DNA from: Iphione sp. A-MEVVRFRX5
Lineage: Eukaryota
Assembly (NCBI GenBank): GCA_976226885.1
Contig: OZ320323.1
Location: 34,410,001-34,474,000 of the forward strand
DNA: 64,000 nucleotides
Reading direction: 5' to 3'
Shown: piece after piece, positions 34,935-47,300 of the stretch
How positions within the stretch are numbered: the stretch's first letter is position 1
Layout: every line of letters starts with the position of its first letter
The notes under the pieces: model-generated
What the model was told of the DNA's origin: nothing
The model's input: only the letters and a program-made list of their open reading frames with translations
The model's database searches: none
Made by a program: the position numbers and the translations under genes

Positions 34935-37900
34935 TTCTCCTTCGTCCTGTGTACTGTTTCCATACAACTATGTGTTTGTGCACCCATGTAGTTATGTGTG
35001 CCTTTACGGATGTATGCATCTACTGCACACATGCATGCATGTGTGAATGCGCATAAGGACGGGCACATGCACACATGCAAACATGGGTACATTGACACAT
35101 TTATACATGGGAAAATGCACCCAATCATCCATGCTGTCTATCATTCTCTTTCTTTGTCTCCTCCTAGGCATATGAGTTAATTTTTTTCTTACTTTTCCCT
35201 ATTGAATACAAAGTCATACATAATTATGAAGGTGGTAGATAGAGTCCTAGTGGTGTGTTAAATAATGACTTTAATTGATTTTAAATAATAAAAACAGGAG
35301 AAGTTGACACTAACAGTCTTAGCCAGATCGGATGGTCGTAAACATGCTACATTGAGGTGGATACATGATTAAAAAAAACACACTGTAATGGAGATCTTGG
35401 GAGCCAGCAGGGAAGGTGTTGACAGCCGACACCTGGTAAAGTCATATATCAGGAAAGGGTGCTAGAGAGGGTTCAGGGTTAATTTGAAAATTGACTGGTC
35501 ATGACCGAGGTCACCCTCCCCCTCCCCGATGAAAGTTCACATGTACTTTGACCTAAGGTTATGAATTGTGACACAAGGATCATGAACTATTGGTATGTAA
35601 TGACTCAGATGTCTCCTGTCCTTTTACAGAGCCCCACATTACTACCTGTACATGTTTACACTTCAATGAAGATCAACCAACTTGAAAACCTGTGTTGCCT
35701 TGAGTTGTGTTACAATTCTTAGCATACTCAGAGTGCAAATTTAGGAGCTACAAAAAATGTGTGAAACTTTTCATCACCAATTATCAGAGAAAACTGGTAC
35801 AATTGAGAGGTTTGCAAAAGAAGTTCAAGCTGCAAAAACTTAACTGGTTTTAAAGCTTCACAGTCCATGAGCTTTTCAGAGAAAAGATTTAGAACAAAAA
35901 AAGAACAAAGCAATATGCCTACTTAAGAATTTAAAAGGCCTAGTAAAATATAATGGAAGTCTGCTGAAGTAAATATCAAAGGAACTGCAAAATGAAGTCA
36001 CTTATCTTCAAATAGAGAATAATGTGAACAAAGAGTCCTTAAGGTATTCGCAGAGAGAAACACTTGTTAATAGCCATGGATATTTTCCAGTGCAAATGTG
36101 TGTTAATGTGTTAAAATCTATGGAAGTGGAACTGAAGAAAATTCCTTTGGTCCACAGATCTTCCAGGTTATAAGACTATCCAGCATATTAATGATGAAAG
36201 TCGTTATATTGCCAAAATATGTACAACAAGCAAGCCATCAAATTGTGCCGCATGGGGATTTTGCATAGATGGCACATCATGGAAAAAACAAAAGCTACTT
36301 GATCCATCAGAAATTTCTGACTGAGGTGATACAGTATCACTTCGGTTTTGTTGAGCAGCAGGTGAAACTATAGTGCAGCTATTGCTGAAGTTTCAGCAGC
36401 GACTCTGAACAGGAAGTTTGGTATTCCGAGACTTGGGGACCTTATCTTCTGTAGAGGTATTGCTGCAATCCATATCCGGATAAGACTTGGTCTACTACCT
36501 TTGGACAAGGCTACCTGAATGAGGCAAGGAGGAGAAACATGTGCAGCCATCAGTCGAGTCAGAAGCCCATGTTATGGAAACTCTCCGAATAGAGGAATAG
36601 CAGGAATAGAGAAGCTGGAATGAACTCCTGAGAGAGGCGAAGGAAGTGAAGAAACTACCCAAGGCGCTGCTGGATCTGACTGGAGGCAAACAAAACAGCA
36701 CTTCCATTCGCGCCTAGTGCTGAAATGGCACCAAGGGAGTCTCGTGACACAGCTTTGGTGCTCACGCTATTGACACTAGTAACGAGAAGACGGGCCTACA
36801 TGGACTAGTGCTGTTTGAATGAATGGCAACCCACATCATCAAAGAAACATCCAGTGCATCATCGTAAGTTGAGGTATCGTCCTCCGCACGGCCATCCTAA
36901 GTAACACTTTCGAATCTAACGTTTCGTCAACGTTTCCTACCTTTATTACCCTCCAATCTTGTCCCACTGCCTACCCATACAATTACCACTCCCCCTACTT
37001 CTAACTCCTGGTGGGGACCTATCTGTCTATCTATATGATGCGCTCACACTGTCAGACCATTACCTCGGTAGCAGTTCTGTTCTATTATTCCTATCAACGT
37101 CTTTGACCAAAGAACACGCCAGTTACTACAGTATCTAGGTGAAATAGCGCAATTTGTTTCTTGATTGTAATCTATGGTTATGTACACTTGTAATGCACAT
37201 CCTGACCTTGTTATAGTGCTAATACCACAGTAATTACTCAGGTATCTTCTTTGAAGAGGTCCATTGCGAGTATGTGGTGTGCCCCGAACTATAGAAAAAT
37301 ATGTAGATGAGCTACTGAGAAGAACTGGATGTTACTGATACAATCGATCTCTGTATTCGATAGACTTTTGACAGTAGCCTGATCAAGGCATGAATTATCA
37401 CTGAGTACTGAATATCACCAGGATATGGAGTACACTGTTCTGTGACAATTGATCTGCATTTGTTGATAGCTCTTATGATTTTTCTCATGCTGTAATACAC
37501 ACTATGAAGTACCCTTTGATTTTCTTTTTGCTTTTTTCTATTTTTCACTACTCACACATTTTGTTTTTCTATCTCAGCATTCGCTTGAAAAGCTCTGGCC
37601 GTATCTCAGAGAATGTTGAATAAACTCTTGAAACTTGAAATTATCCTACACCATTTACAAGAATTTGCAGATGTCATGGAGAAGACAGGGGGTGAAATAT
37701 GATTTTTTAGAGACAATTTAACTAACTCTCCGATACTTCAGCCCAACTACTATTTCACCATGAATATTTCCTTTCAGTACTACAAAAGGTCATGGTCTGA
37801 AATATAAAGCAGCAGTCAACACTCGCAGACCTTCAATCATCAGAAGTCATAACATTTCGGCAAGCACAACCAGTCACATTCTTACAAGTCACTGGTCCTT

Positions 37901-38755
37901 TCTGAAATGTCGTGCAAGATTCAAGTGTAGCATATATAGCTCTTTCCAGCATCATTCAGCAACGATTTACTAATCCAATGATATGTGTAGAACAACCAGA
38001 ATTAATATTTCAGGAAGTAGATGTGCTCCAACTTATGATGACCCTTTATGGCAGAAGTACAGAATCACTTTTTCTGAGCCTCATGAAGTGCATTGCCACA
38101 GGATTAGTCAAACCATCCAAAAACAACTCTGTAACTTCCATCCTGGTGGGAAAGATAGCCATCCAGAAAACAGTGAGGCAATGGGCATCTTTTACCCAAA
38201 CCTAGCATGTGGACATCACTTTGACAATTTAGATTCCAGTCAGTGCAGTCAGTGTAGATGTCCGAACTGTTCTTTCCATCATCATACATCAGTCCAACTT
38301 CTGAAGTGTATATCAAAAGTAAATACAACTGAAGTACAAAAAAGACCACCAAATGGATCAATACAAGTATGTTTTATAACAATGAAAACTCTAGTAAGTG
38401 GTTTTGAAAAAGAATTCTGAGGTGATAATACTTGGTGATATGAACAAATCAAGGACTAATGAGTACACGAAATGAAATATTTTCTATGTACAAACAATCT
38501 TTTCTATGAATAACAAAAACCAACAAGGATCACTAAACATGCGTCAACCACGATTAATCTGATAATTCCAAATGACTCAAGCAAAGTATTGAGACATGGA
38601 AGAATATTAAACAATTTTAGTGATCACAATTGGGTGTATCTTATGTTAAAGACACAAAAGAGAGTCAAACCGTAAAGGGCAGAAATTACAAGATGGAATT
38701 TTTAAAATGTTGATACTGATATATTACCTAAGAATATCTGTAACAGAAGTATATA

Positions 38756-39329
38756 CAGGGGAACCTTACTTTGCGACCACCACTTGGGTTGGCCCAAAAT
38801 AGTGACAATTTTGAATATGGTCGCAAAGCAAAAATTTGACTCCCCTGCCACAAAAATTCTCTGAAACGTCCAAAAAGTGCTGAATTTGATGACTTCAAGT
38901 CCAAAAAGTGCTGGATTTGATGACTAAATGTCCAAAAAGTGCTGAATTTGATGATTAAAAGTGACTCAAAGAGGTGAGAGAGGTGAGAGAGACGTCACAG
39001 TTGAACCCCCCGACCACTGCCAGCCGACCCTCTCCAGGTGAGAGACCATCAAAGACGTCGCAGTTGACACCCGCGACCACTCCTGCCACCTTCTCCAGGG
39101 TGAGAGACCATCAAAGAAGTCAAAATGGCCGCAAAGTAATAGTAAAATATACAGAAAACAACCCTAGGAGGAATGGTCGTAGGCTGAATATGGTCGGAAA
39201 GCAATATGGTCGCAAAGTAAGAGTTAATCATGTAGGAAATGTACTGAAATTAATTTCATTCCAACCCAAAATGGTCACAATAGTCAGTTTGGTCGTAAAG
39301 TGATGAGGTCACAAAGTAAGGTTCTCCTG
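38756..39329. mobile_element. Tc1/mariner (pogo/Tigger-like) MITE with internal tandem repeats
   Basis: 23-bp TIR CAGGGGAACCTTACTTTGCGACC vs CAGGAGAACCTTACTTTGTGACC(rc), TA TSD on both sides. It shares TTTGCGACCACC.CTTGGGT with the 11453 MITE. Internal TCCAAAAAGTGCTG(A/G)ATTTGATGA occurs x3 (~38869-38955). Confidence 0.85.
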
Positions 39330-39369
39330 TACTTACGTGGAATAACAAACCCAGTCGAATACTATTCAC

Positions 39370-39760
39370 ATCTTATCAGAATATTGACTGCAGAATGTGA
39401 TAAGGTTGCCCCATTGAAAACATATATAGTTAACTGTTAAAAGACATCATGGGTAGATGCAGATGTTAGGAACAGTATAATGTTAAAAGACAAATTATTT
39501 ATCAATGCGAAAAGGTTGAAAACTGAAAAAGATTGGCAAAGGGAAAAACGAAATATGTGCAAAAGACTGGTGAGACGCAAAAGGAAAGAATTTATTAAAA
39601 GAAAGTTACAATCAAATCAAAGGAAGCGACAAAGATCAAGGTTTAATAACGAAACTGTGCAATAATGAGGGTGAAATTATAGAAGACAACACACAAATGA
39701 CAGATGTGCTTAACAATTACTTTGTAAATATCGGAAAAATAACTGAAGCAAATATACTAA
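39370..39760 (+). mobile_element. CR1/L2-type ORF2 fragment (endonuclease-RT linker), decayed
   Basis: ECDKVAPLKT...SWVDADVRNSIMLKDKLFINAKR...DWQ...RN...LVRRKRKEF and VLNNYFVNIG, the typical linker pattern of this group. Confidence 0.65.
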
Positions 39761-40272
39761 ACATTATTATTGCTGTATTAATGCATATAACTTTATTTCC
39801 AAACTCTGTTAAATTGTCTCTCAATATAAATGGACATATATTGCTGTATGAAATCACTGAATCTCTACTACTAAAACGCCTTACTCAAGGCGACAGTTGG
39901 ATGTTAATAAATTCGCTGTGAATTCGAATTTGAATACCCACACTAACAAAGTATATTATGCCTGTACCTGACAATGACATGGTTACGAAGTTTCATTTTA
40001 GAAAAACGGCTGAAGATGTTATATTATTATTACTATTATTATTAAGAATTGACGAGGTCATCTTTCTTGTACAACGGAAAAATTAAGGTCCATGAATTCT
40101 GGTAAAATCTGTTAAATCTTCTTGTGGTGAGGTTCCAGGTGGAGACTGAGGCTCCCTCTGTGATTTAGAATCCGAATTAGGCTGGACTATTTTATGAGCC
40201 AAGGAACTTTCCACCATAAATAACCATTTCCATCTGACAGAACAATTTCTAATCTAACCTTTTCCTTTGCAG

Positions 40273-40558
40273 GGAATAACCGGAGCAATCGTTGGTCCAA
40301 CTTTGCTTGATTTGGAAGAGAGGACGGGGACAGATCCAGGAAAATCAATTTGGGTGTTGACGGCAAAATGTGTCGGAGGTATGGCAGGAGTCTTGATTGC
40401 AGGTGTTATTCTCCGCAGAGCCAATCCCTGGTTCCTTATGGCACTCTTCCAAACATCTTCAGCCATTCTACTGACTCTGACGCCGCTACCTACGAGTATA
40501 ATCTTCACATGTGCATTGTTTGCCTTTCACGGCGTAGGAAGATTTTTTGTGGACGCGG
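40273..40558 (+). CDS. MFSD4/FucP-like MFS transporter, coding exon 2
   Basis: Acceptor ctttgcAG (40271-72) then GITGAIVGPTLLDLEERTG...FFVDA(G); donor GTAAGT at 40559, phase 1. Confidence 0.9.
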
Positions 40559-40818
40559 GTAAGTTCTCCATAAGAATAAGCAATGTCCCTATGTGCGTCT
40601 TAAATCGTCTTATTCTCCCATTTCTTAGGAGATCATAGACCAGAATTTCAGTTTTATTGACAATCGTTAACGTTAGTGGTAGGAGTCATTTGTTCTATTT
40701 CCTATATTAACGTAGCGCTCTAGGAAAAAAGATGCGATAATCTGTTTCGTATTCATCAAAGCAAACGTTTTCTTGACGAAGAAATACAATGCACGTCAGC
40801 TCCTCTTATTTCTTGCAG

Positions 40819-41957
40819 GGTGTAACATCATGGTGCTGAGTATCTGGGGTCCGCTTCATCGTCCTTGGCTGCAGGGTTTACACGCCTGCATTGGTTTGGG
40901 GTCATTTCTCGGTCCACTTATAGCTGCGCCTTTTATATCCACTGGACACCGCAGTGATCACCGGAGTGGAAATCGAACAATTGATGGAGCAATAATTGAT
41001 TCCTTAAACCATAGCCAGTTAGACCGTGAATCACGTGTCATGGACAATGCCACGTTAATGGGCGACTCTGCTTACGGAGGCCATCGGATCCGTTTTGTGT
41101 ATATCATCGGCGGCATCATTCTGTTCGTATCTGGTGTCCTGTTCATGCTACCGTATCTGTTTAGAAACCGGCATCCTGGAATAAAAACCACTACAACTCA
41201 CGACGAAACATCAAAGACAACCGACATGTGCCAGGAGAAACGCAATGATGATAATTTCATGGCGCCAGTGCGAAAAAAGAAACTAGTTTCGTTGCCGCAC
41301 TTATTGATTGTGTTTGTAGCTCTTTTTGACTTCTGCCTGTGCCTTATTGTCATCAACTACGGAAGTCTCGTCTATACATTTGCTGTGCGCCAACTGAACT
41401 GGTCGAAGGCGGCAGCGGTGGCAGTGACATCTGCCTATTGGTTCGGTCTAACAGGCGGTCAGGTGCTGAGTGTCGGGCTCAGTAAGATATTGCCACCGAA
41501 ATGGTTGATGATGCTGATAATCACACCCGCTCTGGTATCTTCCACGCTGCTCCTGTCCCTCTCGGGTGTTCACCCGTTCGTCCTCTGGGCCACCACCATC
41601 GTGCTCGGCATTGCCATGGGCCCCATGTTTGCCACGTCCATGAGTCTCCTCGGCTCGTACATTACGGTCGGTGCACCAGAGGGCGCCATCCTCGTCTTCG
41701 CCACCGTCGGCGGAGAGATGACGGGCCCGATATTAGTGGCCAGCCTCTATCACACGTACGGACCGATGATTCTAGTGTATGAACTGGTCATGGTGCACTG
41801 TGTGCAACTTGTATTGGGCTTGCTAATCCTCTTTGTCGGGCGTCTTGTACAGGCGACCGGGACGACTACTCAGCAGATCTCACAAGAACACGTCCCACTG
41901 AAGGAATTACAAACTGAAAAGGCAGCATGTGGTCCGGGGGAAGCAGTCAGTGTATGA
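40819..41957 (+). CDS. MFSD4/FucP-like MFS transporter (sodium-dependent glucose transporter 1-like), coding exon 3
   Basis: Acceptor tcttgcAG (40817-18), phase 1, giving DAGCNIMVLSIWG...LQGLHACIGLGSFLGPLI. Many hydrophobic helices follow, plus AMGPMFAT and GEMTGP. The joined CDS is 1650 bp = 549 aa. Confidence 0.92.
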
Positions 41958-42101
41958 TTCGCCTATCCCTGGGTGCATGAACAAAAAAAAACTTTCAATG
42001 TAGCCTTTTATGTAGTTTCCCAACTATACCGCCAAAAAAATGCATTTTTATTGGTTGAGAATCTGTTACAACACCACAAACCGTAAACAAACAGTGCATT
42101 G

Positions 42102-42264
42102 CAGGCCCGTAGCCAGGAAGTTTTCTTAGTGGTATCAGACGATTCCCCCCACAGAATACCACAGGGGTGAAACTATCTTTTTTCATCCCCATAAATGCCA
42201 ATAGACCGTAATGGTTATGGGGGTATCGGACGATACCCCCGATACCCCCTTGGCTACAGGCATG
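42102..42264. mobile_element. Small TIR element (hAT-like MITE) just 3' of the MFS stop
   Basis: TIR CAGGCCCGTAGCCAGG vs CATGCCTGTAGCCAAG(rc); CATTG on both flanks (42097-42101, 42265-42269). Confidence 0.65.
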
Positions 42265-43249
42265 CATTGTACAGGTATGCATGACTTCCACTTGGGTGTT
42301 TCCTCAATTTAAACGGCGTCATGACGAAGGACCAAATATTTGTATTACATTGGCTTTCTCAAAGAAAGGACAGCTGACACTTCTGGCATGTTGTCATACA
42401 ACATTTGGAGCTGTGTGTCACAAGTGCATTTCATTGGTCACTGGGAAATACATCATACAACAGATGGGTACAATTATGTATGGCCCATTTCAGTATTATA
42501 ACAAATTATATGTCTCATCCGTTTCACAATCAAATTTTATCTAGTTTTGGCCTTCTCTTCAATCTATAACGAAATGTGAAGTCTTTGTTTCAAACAGATT
42601 CTTCGAATCATAGAAAAAAAAACTGTACAGACCGGGCAGACGCACATCATTCGCATCAACAATGGATAAGGAGTGTGTGACCAGATGAAAGGTGGTTGAA
42701 GTTAGACTTCCTCCCAGAGAAAGTCATATTTTACAGAGAATTTTTTCTACAGAATTTATTATACAACTGATTTTGCATACCACTTGCATTTGACCTTTAA
42801 TCCCTAGACCTCCAATTCAATATATTTGCGTGTAATCAATTATTCACATTTACTTATATAACAAAACATTTGACACTGACAATTAACTGACTCCCGATGA
42901 AGGCCTTATAACGGCTGGACCGTTGAGTATTTTGTAGCTTCACAACTGATTTAAAGTCTACTTACAATTAAACTAAGCGCCACGGAATTTTGATTTTATC
43001 ATTCATGAACCTTCAAATGTTGTTGTGCCTGTGGCACGTCTAGTGCAATATCCTGGTGTGACGGCATAAACCCTTTGGCTAGATGTTTCCCGGCCATAAA
43101 TGCCAGCCACTGCCTCATACAGCGTAGGAGACCAGGGGTGGTAGTGGTCAGGTTTTGTGTGCACTTTTCCAAGTCTGGGTACCCACTGCCGTACAAACCT
43201 CTCCCCGCTTCCCTTGGCAAAGGTACCCTCGAGTAGAACATTGAAAGGA

Positions 43250-44100
43250 TCTATCAGTATGTTTTCTTTTTATAAATACACCTCCAGGTTTTCTACGGGG
43301 ATTCCTTTGGTTTCTCATTATTAATTTCGCTCACGGTTTATTGTCATATGTTTCACATTATTACATGTGTCCATTATTCTTGACAAATTATCAAATGTGT
43401 ATCTTTACCAATAAACACATAAAATTTGTTTATATTGTTTACCGCAATTACTTGGGCAGTTGGCTATGCCATGCGGATTATTCTTGAATGAATATTCATA
43501 AATTATAAGTAGAATGGTCACAATCTACTTTGGGTTCCTGGGGAAACATAAAAGAGGATACAAGAGAAGAGCTTCAACGATTAACATGCATGTGGTGATT
43601 TAAAACTTAGGATTTGTATACAAACGTCGATTCAAGCCTTAAGCAAATATCTTTTGAAATAAGTCTCCTTAAGGATATTCCTTGTTTTATGTACCCTTAT
43701 GAATAAACTTGTCGTGGTCTTGCAGGCCTGTAGTAAGTCCCCCATTTGCGGTTTGGTTTTGGTTCTGTTAGAACCGCGAGATACCTAAACTGGTCTATTT
43801 TAAAGAACTTGTTTATTCTGTTCCAATACAAGTTTGGTATTTCTACAAGATGAAGCAACAATCGTTTTATAATACCTAGGAATTCTTCAATTTTATCATC
43901 AGATTTAAAAAGGTATTTTGGTTAAAAGGAATTTCTGTAGGACAGAGCTCAAAGCAAACCACTACTTTTTCTCTTGTGCCCTCAGATCCTGTGATAAAAC
44001 GTAACTCGTCTCCTGAGCTGTTGCACTAAATCTTTCAAAAACATGACCGAAATATTCGATTTCCGAATCCGAATGCTCGCATTTCGTACAAAGACATTGA
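43250..44100 (+). mobile_element. Possible very old I-group LINE 3' fragment (RNase H / C-terminal zinc-finger remnants)
   Basis: The only support is LLWVPG (RNase H-like) at ~43525-43543 and a degenerate Cys-containing segment near 43975-44030. The region is heavily interrupted. Confidence 0.3.
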
Positions 44101-44218
44101 AATTATACTCAAAAACCGAATGGAAATGAATGTCCCACTCCCTTCCATCAGTTCATTATATATCAAAGGGGTAGCTACTCAGGTGGTCGCTGCCCTTCAA
44201 TACTCCTGCTGCTTTTTA

Positions 44219-44300
44219 GATGAATTTGGCTGAGTTTTGCTGATTTTCGGATGAATTTGGCTGAGTTTTGCTGATTTTTGGACTAATTTGGCTGAACTTT
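44219..44300 (+). repeat. ~31-bp tandem repeat (GATGAATTTGGCTGAGTTTTGCTGATTTT..) x2.7
   Basis: Read directly. Confidence 0.85.
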
Positions 44301-47300
44301 GCGATTTGGAGCCAGATTTGCCAGGGCAACATACCAAAGATACCACAATTTGAAATACGAAAAATCCAAAATCAGAACGACTTGAGCTGAAACACCCAGT
44401 GTTCAGTTGTTGAGTATTGACTGTACATGTATATGAAAAATCATCTCAGTAGGCCTTTAACAGTGAAAACCTGTAACAATATAATTTGGAATTCTTACAT
44501 TATGTGTATATGCCAAAGCTAAGTTTTGGGGGTACTCATATCAGCACTCTATTATCATGTAGCCCTATTAATTCCCTTTGCTGTATGATGAAGACCCTAG
44601 GAAAAGTTGTAACCACGTAGTGTGATCGTGTAGCTTGAGCTGAAAAGCTCTAAATATTGTTGTTGCATAATATTTAAAGGAATATCCTTTTACATTCATA
44701 CGACTGCTTCAAAGTGAAACCTCTCCCGAAGATGTGTCGCTCTCTTATCGGCCCTCATGGTCCAAGGGTCAGAGTACCGCACTAAGAGTAAATACATATC
44801 CGGACTATAGCCTTGCCGTCTTTCAGCTTCAATAATGGTACTCATTAATCAGGTGCTCATATCAACCAATGTCTAGCACTTTCTGTAAGAGGATATGAAA
44901 TAAAGTATACCTTATATTTTCATACAATACAGGTGCTATGTACTCTCCTCGCTGAATCTTTAATCCATTTATCTGTACACTTTATGCATGGGTTATACCT
45001 TAACTGTGCTACATCTGTCATCGAACTGATTTGCGTATCCGTAACAGACAGGTTTACATTTTACTTGAAATATCAAATATTATAATATAGATCAGATGAT
45101 GACATGGTTTTGATATTTATGTATAAAAGTTACATTATTACGTGCTCTGTATATAATAACATGTTTTTAAGTGAAGTTTTGGACAAAATCCCACCCTACC
45201 ATATAGTTACATATAATTTCAATATAACCATATACCGAGTGGTGCATATTCCCAAATTCCGTTTTGCCATATCATGAGAGGAAACTAGGGTACACCATGA
45301 AGTATCTCTAATAGATGCAAAGTTGTTCTACTCTCAATGCTCGACATAATACTCAGTTACCTAGGCTACGTTTCAGGCATCATATGCACCATTTCACTCA
45401 TTATTCACACATCAATCACCGTGTTCATACTCCCACTCAGTATCTATCAGCAAGAAGGGCAGTGCAAAAACCAGTCAGCCTTTCCCTGGACTAGTGATGT
45501 ACACTTCAAACAATAACTAATAAGACTCGTAGGGTGAAGCTGAGCCTAACTACCAAGAATATACCCTGTGGGCATTAGAACAAACATACAATAATAGAAT
45601 GAACATAACGGTGCAGCTACGGGCAAACTCGGTTTTGACAAAGACTCGCCAGACTTCGATTGTATGAAGAACAAAATGGCACGTCTTGTCGGTTTGAATT
45701 TTGAACAAAGAAATATCACATAAAAGTATATTAGCACCCTCCAAAACCAACTGAAACGCATGCACACAAGACTGGAAATCGACTAAGCCATATTAGGTAC
45801 AGGTCACGTGTCATTGTTGATGAAAGCCTCTTCACCTATAGCCCTTGGAGAAGCAGGCTGGAGCAGCGGCTACAGTCACTTAGACACCTCTAGTCACTTC
45901 AGTATTAGCTTTTCTTTTACCTGTGCATGTGCCTCTGCCTCTGCCCCTGTTTTGTATCGATTAAAGGTGATCCCGATCCGGCAGAAGGAGGGCGTTTACT
46001 AGTCTAGATAACGTCGATATCAACAAATATAATGAGGTAGATAATACAAACGGGTTATCTATCTGTCACATTCTACAAGAAATCCCAAGAGTATATATGT
46101 GGAATAGGACGTTATAATCATATTCTGAGAGAAAAACATGAGACAAAAATTAATAACCGAATTGATGACCGAAACTGTGACCATTTCTGTAGTCAGGAAA
46201 GGCACCGCTGAAATACAGTCAAGAAAATCCTAGATGGCATCTTTAGTAACCTAGGAAAACCAAACTGTAAAGCAGAAATTGTGCCAGAAAATAGTTGACT
46301 AAATCACAACCAGACCCTACTCTCAAAATTGAAAATACTAATGCACTCGACAAAACAAACGAGAAATATAATCTCTATATCAAGGGTTTGGCTAAGCGTG
46401 CAAATGAAGTCCCTGGAGCAGTATGCCAAGGACTTCCGCGAGTAAGGGAGTAATTGTCACAGATCAGAACACTGACTTTGTGTGCCATACCCATCACAAA
46501 AAAAAAAACCCTCAGGGCGTAAGAGGCTCTTCATCAGATTCACCTGCTTACGCCTCAAGGATGCTCTCTCAGCAGTCATCTCAAGTTAAAAGGGAAAAAT
46601 ACTTCTGGTTAAATCAGCATGATACAGCAAATACCCATATCACTGGCCAAGTGACCTTGTTTCATGTGATTACCCAATTATATGAATTCATAACATTATT
46701 AAATGCCAGTCATGACGTGTCGATCCCATGGGTCAATGATGTCATCAAAAAATAGGGCAAGCCCTGCAAGAATGAATAACATGAACAAACTCTATGATGG
46801 CTGGCATCTGGACCTGGCAGCAAAGAGAGAGGTGGCTCAAACACCTGTCCACTTGTTTTGTGTCCTAATTGCCTGAAATTATCAACGATAAAGTTGCCTG
46901 GGTAGTTGTGAATGTGTATGAATACGTATTCTAAGACACCAAATTTATATCTTGACTTGTTCAAAACGTTAAACTTTTTATTTCTATTGCTCTCCCTCCT
47001 ATGAAATGCCACCCAGATATGAGATGTTCTACACAATGCTGGCTTAAGCTATTGTTGATTAAATTATGGTTATGAAAAAGATGCCATGCTTTACTTGCAT
47101 AAAACCTATGCATACATGTTATATTGTATCATATACATTATTGATATTACCCAACACGATGGATTCTGTACTACTAAATAAATTGATAACAATCTTGTTT
47201 GTCACTAAGGCCCAGAACTTTTCAATGTGTCCAGGTTTTTTGCCAGACTTCTTGTATGTGTGTCTAGGAAAGAACAATCCTATCCTATCAACAGGGTTCT

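Noticed and set aside
34804-35180. ORFs with SLSLSL or CMH/CVH repeats
   Set aside because: These are translations of (TC)n and TG/CA-rich simple repeats.
35700-36720. Purine-rich coding-like stretch
   Set aside because: There are frequent stops in all frames and no identifiable motif.
42999-43241. PLPREAGRGL resembling the LP..GGRGL motif of RTE/L1-type ORF2 C-termini
   Set aside because: One short motif with no neighbouring RT motifs is too weak to call.
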